Shown: positions 16,798-26,097 of the stretch, in pieces
Position numbering within the stretch: the stretch's first letter is position 1
Layout: each line of letters begins with the position of its first letter
Source: Planctomycetaceae bacterium
GTDB taxonomy: Bacteria; Planctomycetota; PLA2
DNA length: 64,000 nt
Direction of reading: 5' to 3'
NCBI GenBank assembly: GCA_011525755.1
Contig: WYBS01000069.1
Span: 5,196-69,195, forward strand
The notes under the pieces: generated by a model
Databases searched by the model: none
What the model was told of the DNA's origin: nothing
The model's input: only the letters and a program-made list of their open reading frames with translations
Made by a program: the position numbers and the translations under genes

Positions 16798-17655
16798 ATG
16801 GATCTCGCGTTCTTCGATCGCACGACGCGCGGGCGGCTGATCGTCACCGGTCGCGACCGGAAGGACCTCCTGCACCGCCTCGCAACGAACGCGATCGCGC
16901 CGCTCACGGCCGGGCACGGCACGGCGACCTGCTTCTGCACGAGCAAGGGGCGGCTCATCGATTGGACCGTCGTGCTCGACCGCGGCGAGGATCTGCTCCT
17001 GCTCTCGGGGAACCCCGAGCGGCTCGCGGGGCACATCCTCGAGTTCACGATCACGGAGGACGTCACCGTCCGCAACTACATGGCGATCGAGATCGCCGTG
17101 TGCGGGCCCGCCGCCGCGGGGTTCCTCGGAGTGAAGCTCGACCCGTGGCAGTTCGCGGATCTGAACCTCGCGGGCGTCAAGGTCCAGGTCGTCCGCATCG
17201 AGCCGCTCCTCGGCGAGGCGTACGCCGTCCTCGCGCCCGACGCCGTCGCCCTGCGCCGGCTGCTCCTCGAGCGCGGGAAGCAGCTCGATCCCGCGGAGAT
17301 CGAGCGCCTGCGCGTGCGCTCCGGCATCCCCGCCGTCCCGAACGAGATCAACGAGGAGACGAACCCGTGGGAGGTCGGCCTCGACGAGGCGATCTCGCTC
17401 ACGAAGGGGTGCTATATCGGCCAGGAGGTCATCGCCCGGATCCACACCTACAAGAGGCTGCGGAGGCGGCTCGCGGGCCTCTTGCTCGCCGCGCCCGTCG
17501 CGCCTGGCGCGCGCCTCACGCGGGGCGGGAGCGAGGCGGCGGTCGTGACGACGGTCTCGGGCGACCGCGCGCTCGCGCTCGTGGACGTGGAGTGCCTCGC
17601 GCCGGGGACCGAGCTCGACGGCGCAACGGTCGTCTCCCTCCCCATGGCGGATTGA
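16798..17655 (+). CDS. ygfZ: YgfZ/CAF17-family folate-binding protein (aminomethyltransferase fold)
   Basis: 285 aa. Family signature KGCYIGQE plus R.R.G.P and NPWE.GL motifs. N-terminal GcvT-like region (GRLIVTGRDRKDLLHRLATN). Confidence 0.8.
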   Translation: MDLAFFDRTTRGRLIVTGRDRKDLLHRLATNAIAPLTAGHGTATCFCTSKGRLIDWTVVLDRGEDLLLLSGNPERLAGHILEFTITEDVTVRNYMAIEIAVCGPAAAGFLGVKLDPWQFADLNLAGVKVQVVRIEPLLGEAYAVLAPDAVALRRLLLERGKQLDPAEIERLRVRSGIPAVPNEINEETNPWEVGLDEAISLTKGCYIGQEVIARIHTYKRLRRRLAGLLLAAPVAPGARLTRGGSEAAVVTTVSGDRALALVDVECLAPGTELDGATVVSLPMAD

Positions 17656-17677
17656 GGGGGGCGCGGGGGGCGGCCCT

Positions 17678-18616
17678 TCACAGGTGCTTCGTGAGCCACG
17701 ACGAGTACGACGGGTACGCCCCGGGCATCTCGCTCGGCCGCCACTTCCAGCGCTTGTAGCCCCACATCCACGCCTCGGGGTGCGCGCGGACCGCGCGCTC
17801 GAGCGCCGCGGTCAGCTCGCGGGTGAGGCGCGGGACCTCGATCTCCGCGTCCGCCCCCTCGGAGAGCGGGATCTCCTCGCCCTCGAGGCGGTAGCGCCTT
17901 CCCCCGTCGATCGGGCGGCAGACGAGGAAGTAGAGGAGCCGGCTCCGCCGCACGGCGAGGAGCGGGAGCACCGCGGACGTGCATGCGGGCGTGCCCAGGA
18001 AGTCGACGAAGATCCCGCCCTCGTCGGGCAGCACGGAGATGTCGATCACCGAGCTCGCGACCTCGCCCCGCCGGAGCGCCGCCATGCACCCCCCGAGCGC
18101 CTCCGCCCGGTAGACGAGGTGGTTGCCGCCCCGCTCGCGCTGGCGCCGCAGGTGGCGGTCGATGAGCGCGTTCCGGACCGGCCTTGCGATGAACGTCGTC
18201 GGCGGGAAGCCGAAGGCGCGCGAGCTCAGGTTGAGCATCTCCCACGAGCCGAAGTGCGCGGTGGCGACGACGGCACCCCGTCCGCCCGCCGCGATCCGCC
18301 CGCGCACGTCCGCCACCTGCCGCATGTCCGCATCGACGAGCCGAGCCGCGCGGTCCGCGGAGATGCGCGAGGCCCAGAGCGCGTCGAGCAGCGCGACCGC
18401 CTGCAGCTTGAGCGACCGCCGCAGGATCCGGCGGTGGTCGTCCCGCCCGGGGAACACGCGGCGCAGGTTCTCCATCCCCACGCGACGGTCGCGCGCGCTC
18501 AGGAGGTAGTAGAGCGCGCCGAGCCGGTGGCCGAACCACACGAGCGCCCGCCGCGGAAGCAGCGGCACGAGCAGCGCGAGGGCCCGGTAGGCGCCGTACT
18601 CGACCAGCCGCCGCAT
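17678..18616 (-). CDS. Lipid A biosynthesis (Kdo2-lipid IVA) late acyltransferase, LpxL/HtrB family
   Basis: Start re-picked at MRRLVEYGAYRALALLV, overlapping the stop of the upstream lipoprotein gene at 18616. Shows the HFGSWE acyltransferase motif. The remaining ~800 N-terminal residues of the 1127-aa track ORF are antisense junk. Confidence 0.85.
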   Translation of the reverse strand: MRRLVEYGAYRALALLVPLLPRRALVWFGHRLGALYYLLSARDRRVGMENLRRVFPGRDDHRRILRRSLKLQAVALLDALWASRISADRAARLVDADMRQVADVRGRIAAGGRGAVVATAHFGSWEMLNLSSRAFGFPPTTFIARPVRNALIDRHLRRQRERGGNHLVYRAEALGGCMAALRRGEVASSVIDISVLPDEGGIFVDFLGTPACTSAVLPLLAVRRSRLLYFLVCRPIDGGRRYRLEGEEIPLSEGADAEIEVPRLTRELTAALERAVRAHPEAWMWGYKRWKWRPSEMPGAYPSYSSWLTKHL

Positions 18617-19137
18617 CACGGCTCGAGCGCGATCTTCGCCAGAAGGCGTTCCGGCTCCGGCGCCTCGCGGAGCGCGCGCTCGAGATCCGGCAGCGCGGTG
18701 TCCGGTTCGTGGAGCGCCTTCAGCGCGTAGAGCCCGAAGTAGCACGCCTCCTCGGGGCCCTTCGGCTCGAGGCCGCCGCCGGTCGCGTGGTGGCGGAGGA
18801 GCCGGATCGCCGTCCGGTCCCGCGGGTTGCCGGGCTTCGGCGTCTTCTCCAGGTACTCGCGGAGCGCGGCCACTGCGTCGGGCAGCCGGTCCTCGAGGAG
18901 CAGGCAGCCGTAGAGGAGGAGCGCCGCGCGGGCCCGGTCGTCGGCGAACCAGCGCCCCCGGTCGAGTCCCTCGCGTGCGCCCGCGACGTCGCGCTTCGCG
19001 AGCGAGGCCTCGGCGCTCGCGACGACGGGGTCCGCCCGCGTCGTCTCGCTCGGCGGTCGCGGCTCCTCCGGTGCGGACGGCTCCGGCGTCGCGCAGGCCG
19101 CGAGAAGGAGGAGCCAAAGACCCCGGCGCATCCGCAA
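18616..19137 (-). CDS. Lipoprotein, helical/TPR-like, unknown function
   Basis: 173 aa. Lipobox LLLLAAC/A, a Pro/Glu-rich linker, then a helical domain. Confidence 0.6.
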   Translation of the reverse strand: MRMRRGLWLLLLAACATPEPSAPEEPRPPSETTRADPVVASAEASLAKRDVAGAREGLDRGRWFADDRARAALLLYGCLLLEDRLPDAVAALREYLEKTPKPGNPRDRTAIRLLRHHATGGGLEPKGPEEACYFGLYALKALHEPDTALPDLERALREAPEPERLLAKIALEP

Positions 19138-19243
19138 AGAGCCTACACCGAGGCGTGAGGGCGTGCCCGAAGGCCCTCCGGGGCCGCGGCCCCCGGAGCC
19201 CCCTCTCTTCCGACGCCCGGGCGCGTGCTAGACTCCGCCCGGC

Positions 19244-20974
19244 TTGCTTGGGCAGATACTTCCCGAAGCGGCGGTCGCCGCCCTCGAGCGCGAACGCGGG
19301 CTCCTCGAGAAGGTGCTCTCCTTCGCCCAGGGCTTCGACGAGGGCGAGGCGCAGCGCGTTCGCGAGCTGATCGCCCATCTCGAGGACATGTTCCTGCTCG
19401 TCGTCGTCGGCGAGGTGAAGGCGGGGAAGTCCGCGTTCATCAACGCGCTGCTCGGCGTCGACGCGTGCCCCGAGGGCCCGTTGCCGCTGACCGACCGCGT
19501 CCACGTTCTCGCGTACGGCGAGGCGGCGACCGAGCACGCGACGGAGCCGCATGTGGTCCGCCGGACGCTCCCGATCGAGCACCTGCGCCGGATGAACGTC
19601 GTCGACACGCCGGGCACCAACTCCCCGCTCAAGCGCCACCAGCAGATCACCGAGGACTTCCTCCCGCGCGCCGACATCGTCTTCTTCGTCACGTCGATCG
19701 ACTGCCCGTTCACGCAGACCGACGTCCGGCTCCTCGGGAAGGTCCGCGAGCGGTGGAAGAAGGAGATCGCCTGCGTCCTCGCGAAGGTGGACATGCGGTC
19801 GGAGGGGGACCGCGCGGCCGTGGTGGACTACCTGAAGACCACCTTCCGCGAGCTGCTCGGGTTCACCCCGCCGGTCTTCCCCGTCTCGTCGCACCTCGCG
19901 CGGGATGCGCGGCGCGACGGGGACGAGGCGAAGCTCGAGGCGAGCGGCATCCCGGCCGTCGAGCGCTACATCGTCGAGAACCTCTCCGAGGGGCGTCGCG
20001 TGCAGCTGAAGCTGCTGAGCCCGCTCGGCACCGTGCTCGACGTGCTGCGCCGCGCGGAGGCGACCGGCACGGGTCGGCTGCGCGCGCTCGAGCAGGACTT
20101 CGCCGGATGGAAGGCGGTCGAGGAGCAGGCTGGCTACGCCGCGGCCTCCCTGAAGGAGCGCGCGGAACGCCAGATCTCGCCGGTCGCGGCGGCGTTCGAG
20201 AGCCTCGAGTCGCGCGGGTGCGCCTTCCTGCGCGACCGGATCCGGCTGCGCCACATGCGGCTCCTCGGCGACGCAGGGCGGTTCCGCGCGGAGTTCGAGC
20301 GCGACGTCGTGCGCGGCGTCGGGGAGGAGATCGAGGTCAAGGTCGAGGCCGTCGCGAGCTGGCTCGCGGACGAGACGCGCGCGCTGTGGCAGCGGTCGCT
20401 CGAGCACTTCCACCGGACCGTCGCGCTTTCGCGGTACCGCGAGGAGATCCCGGCCGGCGGGAGCCTCGCCTTCCGCGAGACGCAGCAGGCCACGCTCGAC
20501 CGGATCGTCGCGAACGCGCGCCGCGACCTCGCGGGGTGGAGCGCGGAGAGCGAGTGCCGGCGCGTGCGCGACCTCGCCTCGAAGAGCCTCGCGCGCCTCC
20601 TCGGGATCGAGGCCGTCGCGACGGGCCTCGGCGCCGCCGCGGTCACGGCGCTCGGAGCGTCGCTCGCGGGGCTCGTCGGCGTCGCGGTCGCGGCCGGCGT
20701 CGCGCTGCGCGGCTTCTTCGTGCTGCCCGCCCGGCGCGACCAGGCGATCGTGCGGTTCGAGGAGGGCGTGCGTGCCACCCGCGACGCGCTGCTCGCGGCG
20801 GTCCGCGGGGCGGTGGCGGCGGAGGCGGACCGCGCCGCGACCGCCGTCCTCGACGCGTTCGCGCCCTACCACGACTTCTACGAGAGCCGGCGCCGCGCCG
20901 CCGAGGCGCTGCGGGAGAAGGCGCTCGAGATGAAGGTCGAGGTGGAGCTGTTCAAGAAGGGCCTCGAGCCTTGA
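19244..20974 (+). CDS. Bacterial dynamin-like GTPase
   Basis: 576 aa. G1 [17 protein letters not shown]2/G3 DTPGTNS, and [10 protein letters not shown] plus AKVD (G4-like). A long helical stalk and a C-terminal hydrophobic paddle ([31 protein letters not shown]). TTG start at 19244. Confidence 0.85.
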   Translation: MLGQILPEAAVAALERERGLLEKVLSFAQGFDEGEAQRVRELIAHLEDMFLLVVVGEVKAGKSAFINALLGVDACPEGPLPLTDRVHVLAYGEAATEHATEPHVVRRTLPIEHLRRMNVVDTPGTNSPLKRHQQITEDFLPRADIVFFVTSIDCPFTQTDVRLLGKVRERWKKEIACVLAKVDMRSEGDRAAVVDYLKTTFRELLGFTPPVFPVSSHLARDARRDGDEAKLEASGIPAVERYIVENLSEGRRVQLKLLSPLGTVLDVLRRAEATGTGRLRALEQDFAGWKAVEEQAGYAAASLKERAERQISPVAAAFESLESRGCAFLRDRIRLRHMRLLGDAGRFRAEFERDVVRGVGEEIEVKVEAVASWLADETRALWQRSLEHFHRTVALSRYREEIPAGGSLAFRETQQATLDRIVANARRDLAGWSAESECRRVRDLASKSLARLLGIEAVATGLGAAAVTALGASLAGLVGVAVAAGVALRGFFVLPARRDQAIVRFEEGVRATRDALLAAVRGAVAAEADRAATAVLDAFAPYHDFYESRRRAAEALREKALEMKVEVELFKKGLEP

Positions 20975-21678
20975 GCAGGAAGGGGGGGTCCGGGGGCCGC
21001 CCGGCGCCGACGGCGGTCGTGCTCCTCTCGGGCGGGCTCGACTCCGCCGTCGCGGGTGCATGGGCGCGCGCGGAAGGCTACGCGGTCGTCGCCCTCACCG
21101 TGGACTACGGGCAGCGTCACCGTGCGGAGATCGAGGCGGCGCGCAAGGTGGCCCGATGGCTCGGGGCGAAGGAGCACGTGGAGCTTCGGGTCGACCTGCG
21201 CGCGGTCGGAGGGTCGGCGCTCACGTCGGGCATCCCCGTCCCGCGAGGCGGGCCCGGGGAGGGCATCCCCGTCACCTACGTCCCCGCGCGCAACACTCTC
21301 CTCCTCGCGCTGGCGCTGGGCCTCGCGGAGGCGCGGGAGGCGGGCGCGATCGTGATCGGGGCGAACCGGATCGACTTCTCGGGGTACCCCGATTGCCGGC
21401 CGGAGTTCCTCGAGGCCTTCGCCCGGGTCGCCGAGACCGGCACCAAGGCCGGGGCGGAGGGGCATGCGCCGCGCATCCTCGCGCCCCTCATCGACCTCCC
21501 GAAGGAGGGGATCGTGCGGCTCGGGGCGAGCCTCGAGGTGCCGTTCGGAGACACCCTCTCCTGCTACGACCCCGATCCCCGCGGCCGCCCGTGCGGGGCG
21601 TGCGACGCCTGCCGCCTTCGCCGCAAGGGCTTCGCGGCCGCCGGCATCGCCGACCCCGCCGCCGATCGGGCAGGCTAG
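20971..21678 (+). CDS. queC: 7-cyano-7-deazaguanine synthase
   Basis: [12 protein letters not shown]-loop, DYGQRH, YVPARN, and the C-terminal Zn cluster [20 protein letters not shown]. The TTG at 20971 overlaps the TGA of the dynamin-like gene. An alternative GTG start is at 21019. Confidence 0.9.
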   Translation: MSRKGGSGGRPAPTAVVLLSGGLDSAVAGAWARAEGYAVVALTVDYGQRHRAEIEAARKVARWLGAKEHVELRVDLRAVGGSALTSGIPVPRGGPGEGIPVTYVPARNTLLLALALGLAEAREAGAIVIGANRIDFSGYPDCRPEFLEAFARVAETGTKAGAEGHAPRILAPLIDLPKEGIVRLGASLEVPFGDTLSCYDPDPRGRPCGACDACRLRRKGFAAAGIADPAADRAG

Positions 21679-21867
21679 CTCTCGCGCCGTTCGCGTCCCG
21701 GGGGGCACCCGCGGGGACGTTCCCTCCGGGAGGCCGCCCGCGGTTCACGTCGCCCGAAGGGCGTCGTCGCGTTGCATCCGACGGAGGCGGCGCGCGCGAC
21801 GGCCCGACCCCGGATCCCCGTACCCGTCAAAACCCGCGAATTCTTCGGTTTTCAGGCGTTTCGCTAT

Positions 21868-21896
21868 TTGATGCTGTCCGTCGGCTCTGCTAAAAC
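21868..21896 (+). promoter_or_regulatory. Candidate sigma70-type promoter of the histone-fold gene
   Basis: TTGATG (21868-21873), a 17-nt spacer, then TAAAAC (21891-21896), in a locally AT-richer intergenic stretch. A GGGTGC-GAA-GCACCC hairpin (21909-21923) and the GGAGGA SD (21949-21954) follow. Confidence 0.4.
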
Positions 21897-21958
21897 GCGA
21901 TGAGATCCGGGTGCGAAGCACCCTTAAACGCGAGTTTTCAGTCGATTTGGAGGATCCC

Positions 21959-22162
21959 ATGAAGAAGAAGAAGGCGGCGGCCAAGGGCCGCGAGACGCTC
22001 GTGGTCGGCAGCAAGGTCAAGGGCTACATCAAGGCCAAGAAGTTCAAGTGCTCCGGCGAGCTCCTCGACGCGCTCAGCGACACCATCCGCAAGAGCCTCG
22101 ACAGCGCGATGAAGCGCTGCGAGGGCAACAAGCGCTCGACGGTGCGTCCCGTCGACCTCTAG
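21959..22162 (+). CDS. Bacterial histone-fold protein (Bd0055 / DUF1931-like), 67 aa
   Basis: MKKKKAAAKGRETLVVGSKVKGYIKAKKFKCSGELLDALSDTIRKSLDSAMKRCEGNKRSTVRPVDL. The Lys-rich tail and the pattern LVV.SKVK..IK...[x]S.E..D.LS..I......A......R.TV...D match my recollection of the Bdellovibrio histone Bd0055 and DUF1931 proteins. GGAGGA SD 5 nt upstream. GC3-rich native codon usage. Confidence 0.7.
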   Translation: MKKKKAAAKGRETLVVGSKVKGYIKAKKFKCSGELLDALSDTIRKSLDSAMKRCEGNKRSTVRPVDL

Positions 22163-22170
22163 TCTCCTCG

Positions 22171-22224
22171 AACGATCGCGGCGGCCCGGCGTCCAGCGCG
22201 CTCGCGCCGCCGCGATCGTTTTTC
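22171..22224 (+). terminator. Rho-independent terminator of the histone-fold gene
   Basis: Perfect 15-bp stem AACGATCGCGGCGGC (22171-22185) / GCCGCCGCGATCGTT (22206-22220), running into a T5 tract (22219-22223), 9 nt after the TAG stop. Confidence 0.8.
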
Positions 22225-22250
22225 GTGCCGGGTGCGCGCGGTGCGTGATA

Positions 22251-23117
22251 ATGGCCGCGATGCGCCGGATCCTCCCCCTCCTCGCCGTCGCGGCCGTCGC
22301 CGTCGCGGACGACGCGTTCCCCCTGCGCCTGCAGGCGTTCGAAGAGGCCCGCGCGTTCACGCTCGAGCCCGGCGGCCAGGCGAAGGTCTATCCCGCGGTC
22401 GAGGCGCTCGTCGCGACGGGCGACGCTCGCGCCGTGTCGCCGGTCTCCTCCTACGTGCTCGAGACGATCACGAGCGAGCGTCGTCTCCTCGAGGACGCGC
22501 GCCGGATCCAGAAGGAGATGGGCGAGACGATGGAACGGCTCGAGGCCGTCTCGCGCGAGCTCGCGCAGCTCGATCTCAAGGAGAAGGCGGGTGACCGGAC
22601 GGTAGGTCCCGCGATCGAGCAGCGCAAGAGCGAGCGCATGCTCCTCGAGCGGCAGAACGAGCGGCGCATGAAGGAGGTCGAGCAGATCGACCGCACGATC
22701 GGATTCCTCCGCGAGCTCCGCGGAAGGCTCGTGGACGACTGCGTCGCGCTGCTCAAGGGGCGGAAGGGCGATGAGGCCGCGACGGCCGTCGCCGGCGTGC
22801 GGCGCGCCCTCGACGTCGCGGACAAGGAGCAGGCGCTCGTCCTCGTGCGCATCTTCGCCGCGAGCGATCTCGCGGAGGCCGAGGACCAGCTCCTCGACAT
22901 CCTCGCCGCGCCGAAGGCCGACCGCGCGGTCCGGCTGCGCGCGCAGTACGCGCTGGCGCGCCACCTCTCGCGTCGCGGAGCGGAGGCGCTGGTGCGTCTC
23001 TGGGAGCGCGAACCGACGCGCGCGGGCGTGCATGCGCAGCACGTGCTCTCCCTCGCCGCGAAGAAGCGGCTCGCGACGATCGAGGAAGCGCGCGCCTGGA
23101 TCGCAACGCTTCCGTAG
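22251..23117 (+). CDS. Secreted helical protein, unknown function
   Basis: Signal peptide MAAMRRILPLLAVAAVAVADD. A coiled-coil middle section and a HEAT-like C-terminus. Start ambiguous among GTG 22245, ATG 22251 and ATG 22260. Confidence 0.65.
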   Translation: MAAMRRILPLLAVAAVAVADDAFPLRLQAFEEARAFTLEPGGQAKVYPAVEALVATGDARAVSPVSSYVLETITSERRLLEDARRIQKEMGETMERLEAVSRELAQLDLKEKAGDRTVGPAIEQRKSERMLLERQNERRMKEVEQIDRTIGFLRELRGRLVDDCVALLKGRKGDEAATAVAGVRRALDVADKEQALVLVRIFAASDLAEAEDQLLDILAAPKADRAVRLRAQYALARHLSRRGAEALVRLWEREPTRAGVHAQHVLSLAAKKRLATIEEARAWIATLP

Positions 23118-23436
23118 CGCACGCGGTGGCCGCGGGGCCGCGGAAGGGCCGGGAGCGGCACGCTCCCGTCGTCAAGGGCCCGCGCCCTGGCGGGACATCC
23201 CCCATGCGCGGATTGCCGGAGGGCGAGCGGGCGGGAGCGTCGTCGGGATCAGGGGAGGAAGAAGCCCGGGGACTCCCCGTGGAATGGAATTGGAAAAGGG
23301 GAAAAGGGAATGATTAGAGGTGGGACGAAGAGCCCCGGGCAGGTTTTCAAGTTCTCGCCGATTCCCTCGAGGGCTTCCGCCCTCGCGACGGCCTGAGGTT
23401 CCCAGAGTTTCCCGCGGACGTCAAGAGGCGGACGCG

Positions 23437-26097
23437 CTAGGGGACCCGCCGGACGGTGATCGCGATCACCAGCTCCACGAGCCGGTCGGGCCGGGTCTCG
23501 GTCGGGTGGGGGATTCGGCACAGCACCGCGCTCCGGGGCGAGTCGGGATTCCCGAGATCGAGCGTGCCTCGGACGCGGCTGCCCGAGAAGCGGGTCCGGT
23601 GCGACGGGATCGCGATCGCGAGGGCGCGCTCCTCCTCGTCCGACTCGAGCGCGCAGGTCTCCACGTCCACGTCGACGCGGAGCGTGTTCCCGCGCGACGT
23701 GTAGGGGCGCAGCGTCACGCGCAGGCCTTCCGTGACGGTGCGGGTCTCGCCGGTCGCCAGATCCTCCTCGGAGTCGTAGACCGGCGACGTGCGGGTGCGC
23801 GAGGAGAGGACATGCCGCGCCTGGAAGCCCAGCGCGGTCGGCTTCGGCCAGTCGTCCGCAGGCGCGAACGCGTCCGCGGGCTCCGCGGGCTCGAGGCGGC
23901 GCAGGAGATCCCGGAGCCCGGCCGGGTCCGCGACCGCGTACTCCGCCCCGTCGAGCGGATGCAGCGCGAGCTCCTCGCGCGCGAGCCAACGCGCGAGGAC
24001 CGGCGAGCGCACCGCGCGCGTCTGCACCTCGATCACGTACGAGCGGGCGCTCTCCCGCTTCATGGCCTCGACCACCTGCTCGGCGTCCTCGAGCCGGGGG
24101 GGCGGGACCCGGAGCACCGCCTCCGCGACGTCGACCGTGGCCTCCTCGGTGCGAAGCGCCTCGCGCAGGAACTGTTCGAGGAATCGGGCGCGGTCCTTCA
24201 TCACGCCGAGCGTCTCCGGCGCGACGAATCCCGCGGCGGGATCGGTGAGCGGCCCGGGGAAGTCGCGCTGCCGCAGCAGGAGGTCGCGCAGCGAGACCTC
24301 TCCCGCGGGGAAGGCGTCCGCCGGCCGGGACTCGGGGTCGTCCGAGGCCGCGTTGTGCCAGAGGAGGACGAGCTCCCCGGGGCCCCCTTCCGCCGACGCG
24401 AACGGGTCGAGGAGGCCCGCGGCGACGAGCGTGGCGCCCGGCGGGAGATCGGCGAAGACCTCCGCCTCCTGCGTCAGGAAGCGCGGGATGTCGGGGAAGA
24501 GCGGGGGCACGGGGGTCTTCGAGACGAGCCGGAGGCCGGTCGCCGTCCGCCCGGTCCGGTCCCGGAGCGGGTAGACGTCGAGGAGGAGCCCGAAATACGC
24601 GGTGGCCGCGCGCGTCTCGCGGTAGGCGGCCGCGCGGGAGAGCGGCGCCGCCGCGAAGAGCGTCTGCGGCGCCCCGTTCCGCAGCTCGGCCCCGAAGGTG
24701 TCGTGCGCGGGCCGCACCTCGGCGCCGAGGTCGCGCAGGAAGCTGCAGAGGTACTCCACGCCGTGGCGGGCGGGGACGATCCGGTAGAAGACGGGGTCGG
24801 GCCCGCGCCGCGAGACCTCGAACTTCCCGAACTGCGCCTCGAGCTTCGGCAGCACCTCGGGCCTCACCGGCACGAGGAGGAAGCGGCCAGGGAGCGTCGC
24901 GGGGGCGGGCTGCTCCATCCGCTTCACCTCGTCGAGGAGCGCGTCGAGCACCTCGGGCCTGTGGCGGGCCACGAGCATGTCGCCCACGGGCTCGAGGAAG
25001 TTGTCTCGCTCCGCCCAGGAGTCCGAGGCGACGCGGAGCGGCAGGTAGAGCCGCGCGAAGAGTGCGGGCGACCACGACGACGGCAGGTCGCGGAAGAGGC
25101 TCATCGTCTCGGGCGTGCGCTGCCAGCCCGCTCCCGGCGCGGGGCGCGGCGGTTGCACCGGCAGCAGCCGGTACTCGTGCTCGCCGGAGGAGACGAGGTC
25201 GAGGAGCTTCTGGAGCTGGTTCAGGTAGTCGCCGAGCGGCGTGGCCGGCCGCTCGGGGGGCGCGACCGTCGCGGCGTCGAGCGGCCGGCCGTAGGCGGCG
25301 CGGTGAACCGCGTCCCAGCGGGCGACGGCGTAGACGCGGAGATCGCGGAGGCGGTCGGAGTCGCTGCCGAACTCGCACGCGTCGATCTCCGCCAGCGCTT
25401 CGCGGAACGAGGCCTCGGCGAGGTTCCACCGCTTCGCCTCCCCGTGGGCGACCCCCTTCGCGAGCGACGCCTGCGCGCGCGTCGCGACCTGCGTGATCCT
25501 CGTCTCCGTCCACTTCCGCACGAACCGCAGCGGGTCGCGGATGAAGTCCGCGGCCCCGGACATCCGGCGCTCCGCCTCCGCGTCGATCTCCTTCGCGGCC
25601 GCGTTCGAGGGGTCGAGATCGAGGACGTTCTGCGCGTGGAGCAGCGCCCTCCATGCATCCCCGCTCTCGAGGAAGCCCCGTGCCGCGCGGAGCTCCGCCT
25701 CGATCCGCTCGGCCGGATCGCGCCGCGGCGTCGCCGGCTCGGCCGCGGGCTTCGGGGTCTGCGCCTGCACGTTCAGCCGCGCCTCGTCCGCGAGCCTCCG
25801 GACCTCCGCCGGGACGCCCTCCCCCGCGAAGTTCGCCGGCGCGAGGTGGAGGTCGGCGCGCGCCCAGTCCTTGAGCTCCTCGTAGCAGAGCGCGAGCCGG
25901 AGGTGCGCCTCCGCCTTCGTCCCGGGCCCGAGGGTCGCGTCCTCGAGCGCCTGCCGGTAGAGGCGTACCGCGAGATCGAGGTCGCCGAGGACGAGCTGCG
26001 CCTGCCGCGCGCGGAAGAGGATCTCCTCGGTCGTCTCCGCTCGCGCGATCGCGGCGGCGATCGCGAGGAACGCGATCCCGGCGCGCACGTCCCTCAC
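23437..26097 (-). CDS. Large secreted TPR-containing protein, unknown function (886 aa)
   Basis: GTG start at 26097 overlaps the TGA of the dGTPase-like gene (GTGA). Signal-like AGIAFLAIAAAIARAE, then N-terminal TPRs (LAVRLYRQALED...AHLRLALCYEEL). The rest has normal composition and no motif I recognise. Confidence 0.75.
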   Translation of the reverse strand: MRDVRAGIAFLAIAAAIARAETTEEILFRARQAQLVLGDLDLAVRLYRQALEDATLGPGTKAEAHLRLALCYEELKDWARADLHLAPANFAGEGVPAEVRRLADEARLNVQAQTPKPAAEPATPRRDPAERIEAELRAARGFLESGDAWRALLHAQNVLDLDPSNAAAKEIDAEAERRMSGAADFIRDPLRFVRKWTETRITQVATRAQASLAKGVAHGEAKRWNLAEASFREALAEIDACEFGSDSDRLRDLRVYAVARWDAVHRAAYGRPLDAATVAPPERPATPLGDYLNQLQKLLDLVSSGEHEYRLLPVQPPRPAPGAGWQRTPETMSLFRDLPSSWSPALFARLYLPLRVASDSWAERDNFLEPVGDMLVARHRPEVLDALLDEVKRMEQPAPATLPGRFLLVPVRPEVLPKLEAQFGKFEVSRRGPDPVFYRIVPARHGVEYLCSFLRDLGAEVRPAHDTFGAELRNGAPQTLFAAAPLSRAAAYRETRAATAYFGLLLDVYPLRDRTGRTATGLRLVSKTPVPPLFPDIPRFLTQEAEVFADLPPGATLVAAGLLDPFASAEGGPGELVLLWHNAASDDPESRPADAFPAGEVSLRDLLLRQRDFPGPLTDPAAGFVAPETLGVMKDRARFLEQFLREALRTEEATVDVAEAVLRVPPPRLEDAEQVVEAMKRESARSYVIEVQTRAVRSPVLARWLAREELALHPLDGAEYAVADPAGLRDLLRRLEPAEPADAFAPADDWPKPTALGFQARHVLSSRTRTSPVYDSEEDLATGETRTVTEGLRVTLRPYTSRGNTLRVDVDVETCALESDEEERALAIAIPSHRTRFSGSRVRGTLDLGNPDSPRSAVLCRIPHPTETRPDRLVELVIAITVRRVP

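Noticed and set aside
19176-19198. GC-rich inverted repeat CTCCGGGGccgcggcCCCCGGAG in the divergent region upstream of the dynamin-like gene
   Set aside because: It consists purely of G/C, and palindromes of this kind arise frequently by chance at ~70% GC. It is not distinctive enough to call an operator.
17678-21061. 1127-aa minus-strand ORF as a single gene
   Set aside because: Only the last 312 aa (from MRRLVEYG, 18616) look like a protein (LpxL/HtrB family). The N-terminal ~800 aa are antisense to the dynamin-like gene and the lipoprotein gene, and are low complexity.
20971-21678. QueC as part of a 7-deazaguanine DNA-modification (Dpd) or CBASS-associated defence system
   Set aside because: No dpdA/B/C, tgt-like, queD/E, cyclase or effector genes are nearby. 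The protein has the standard housekeeping QueC motifs and length.
23437-23800. C-terminus of the 886-aa protein as a secretin-like domain
   Set aside because: There is only a vague resemblance (alternating beta-like segments, ...LVELVIAITVRRVP). No secretin N-domains are present, and there are no pilus or T2SS genes in the neighbourhood.
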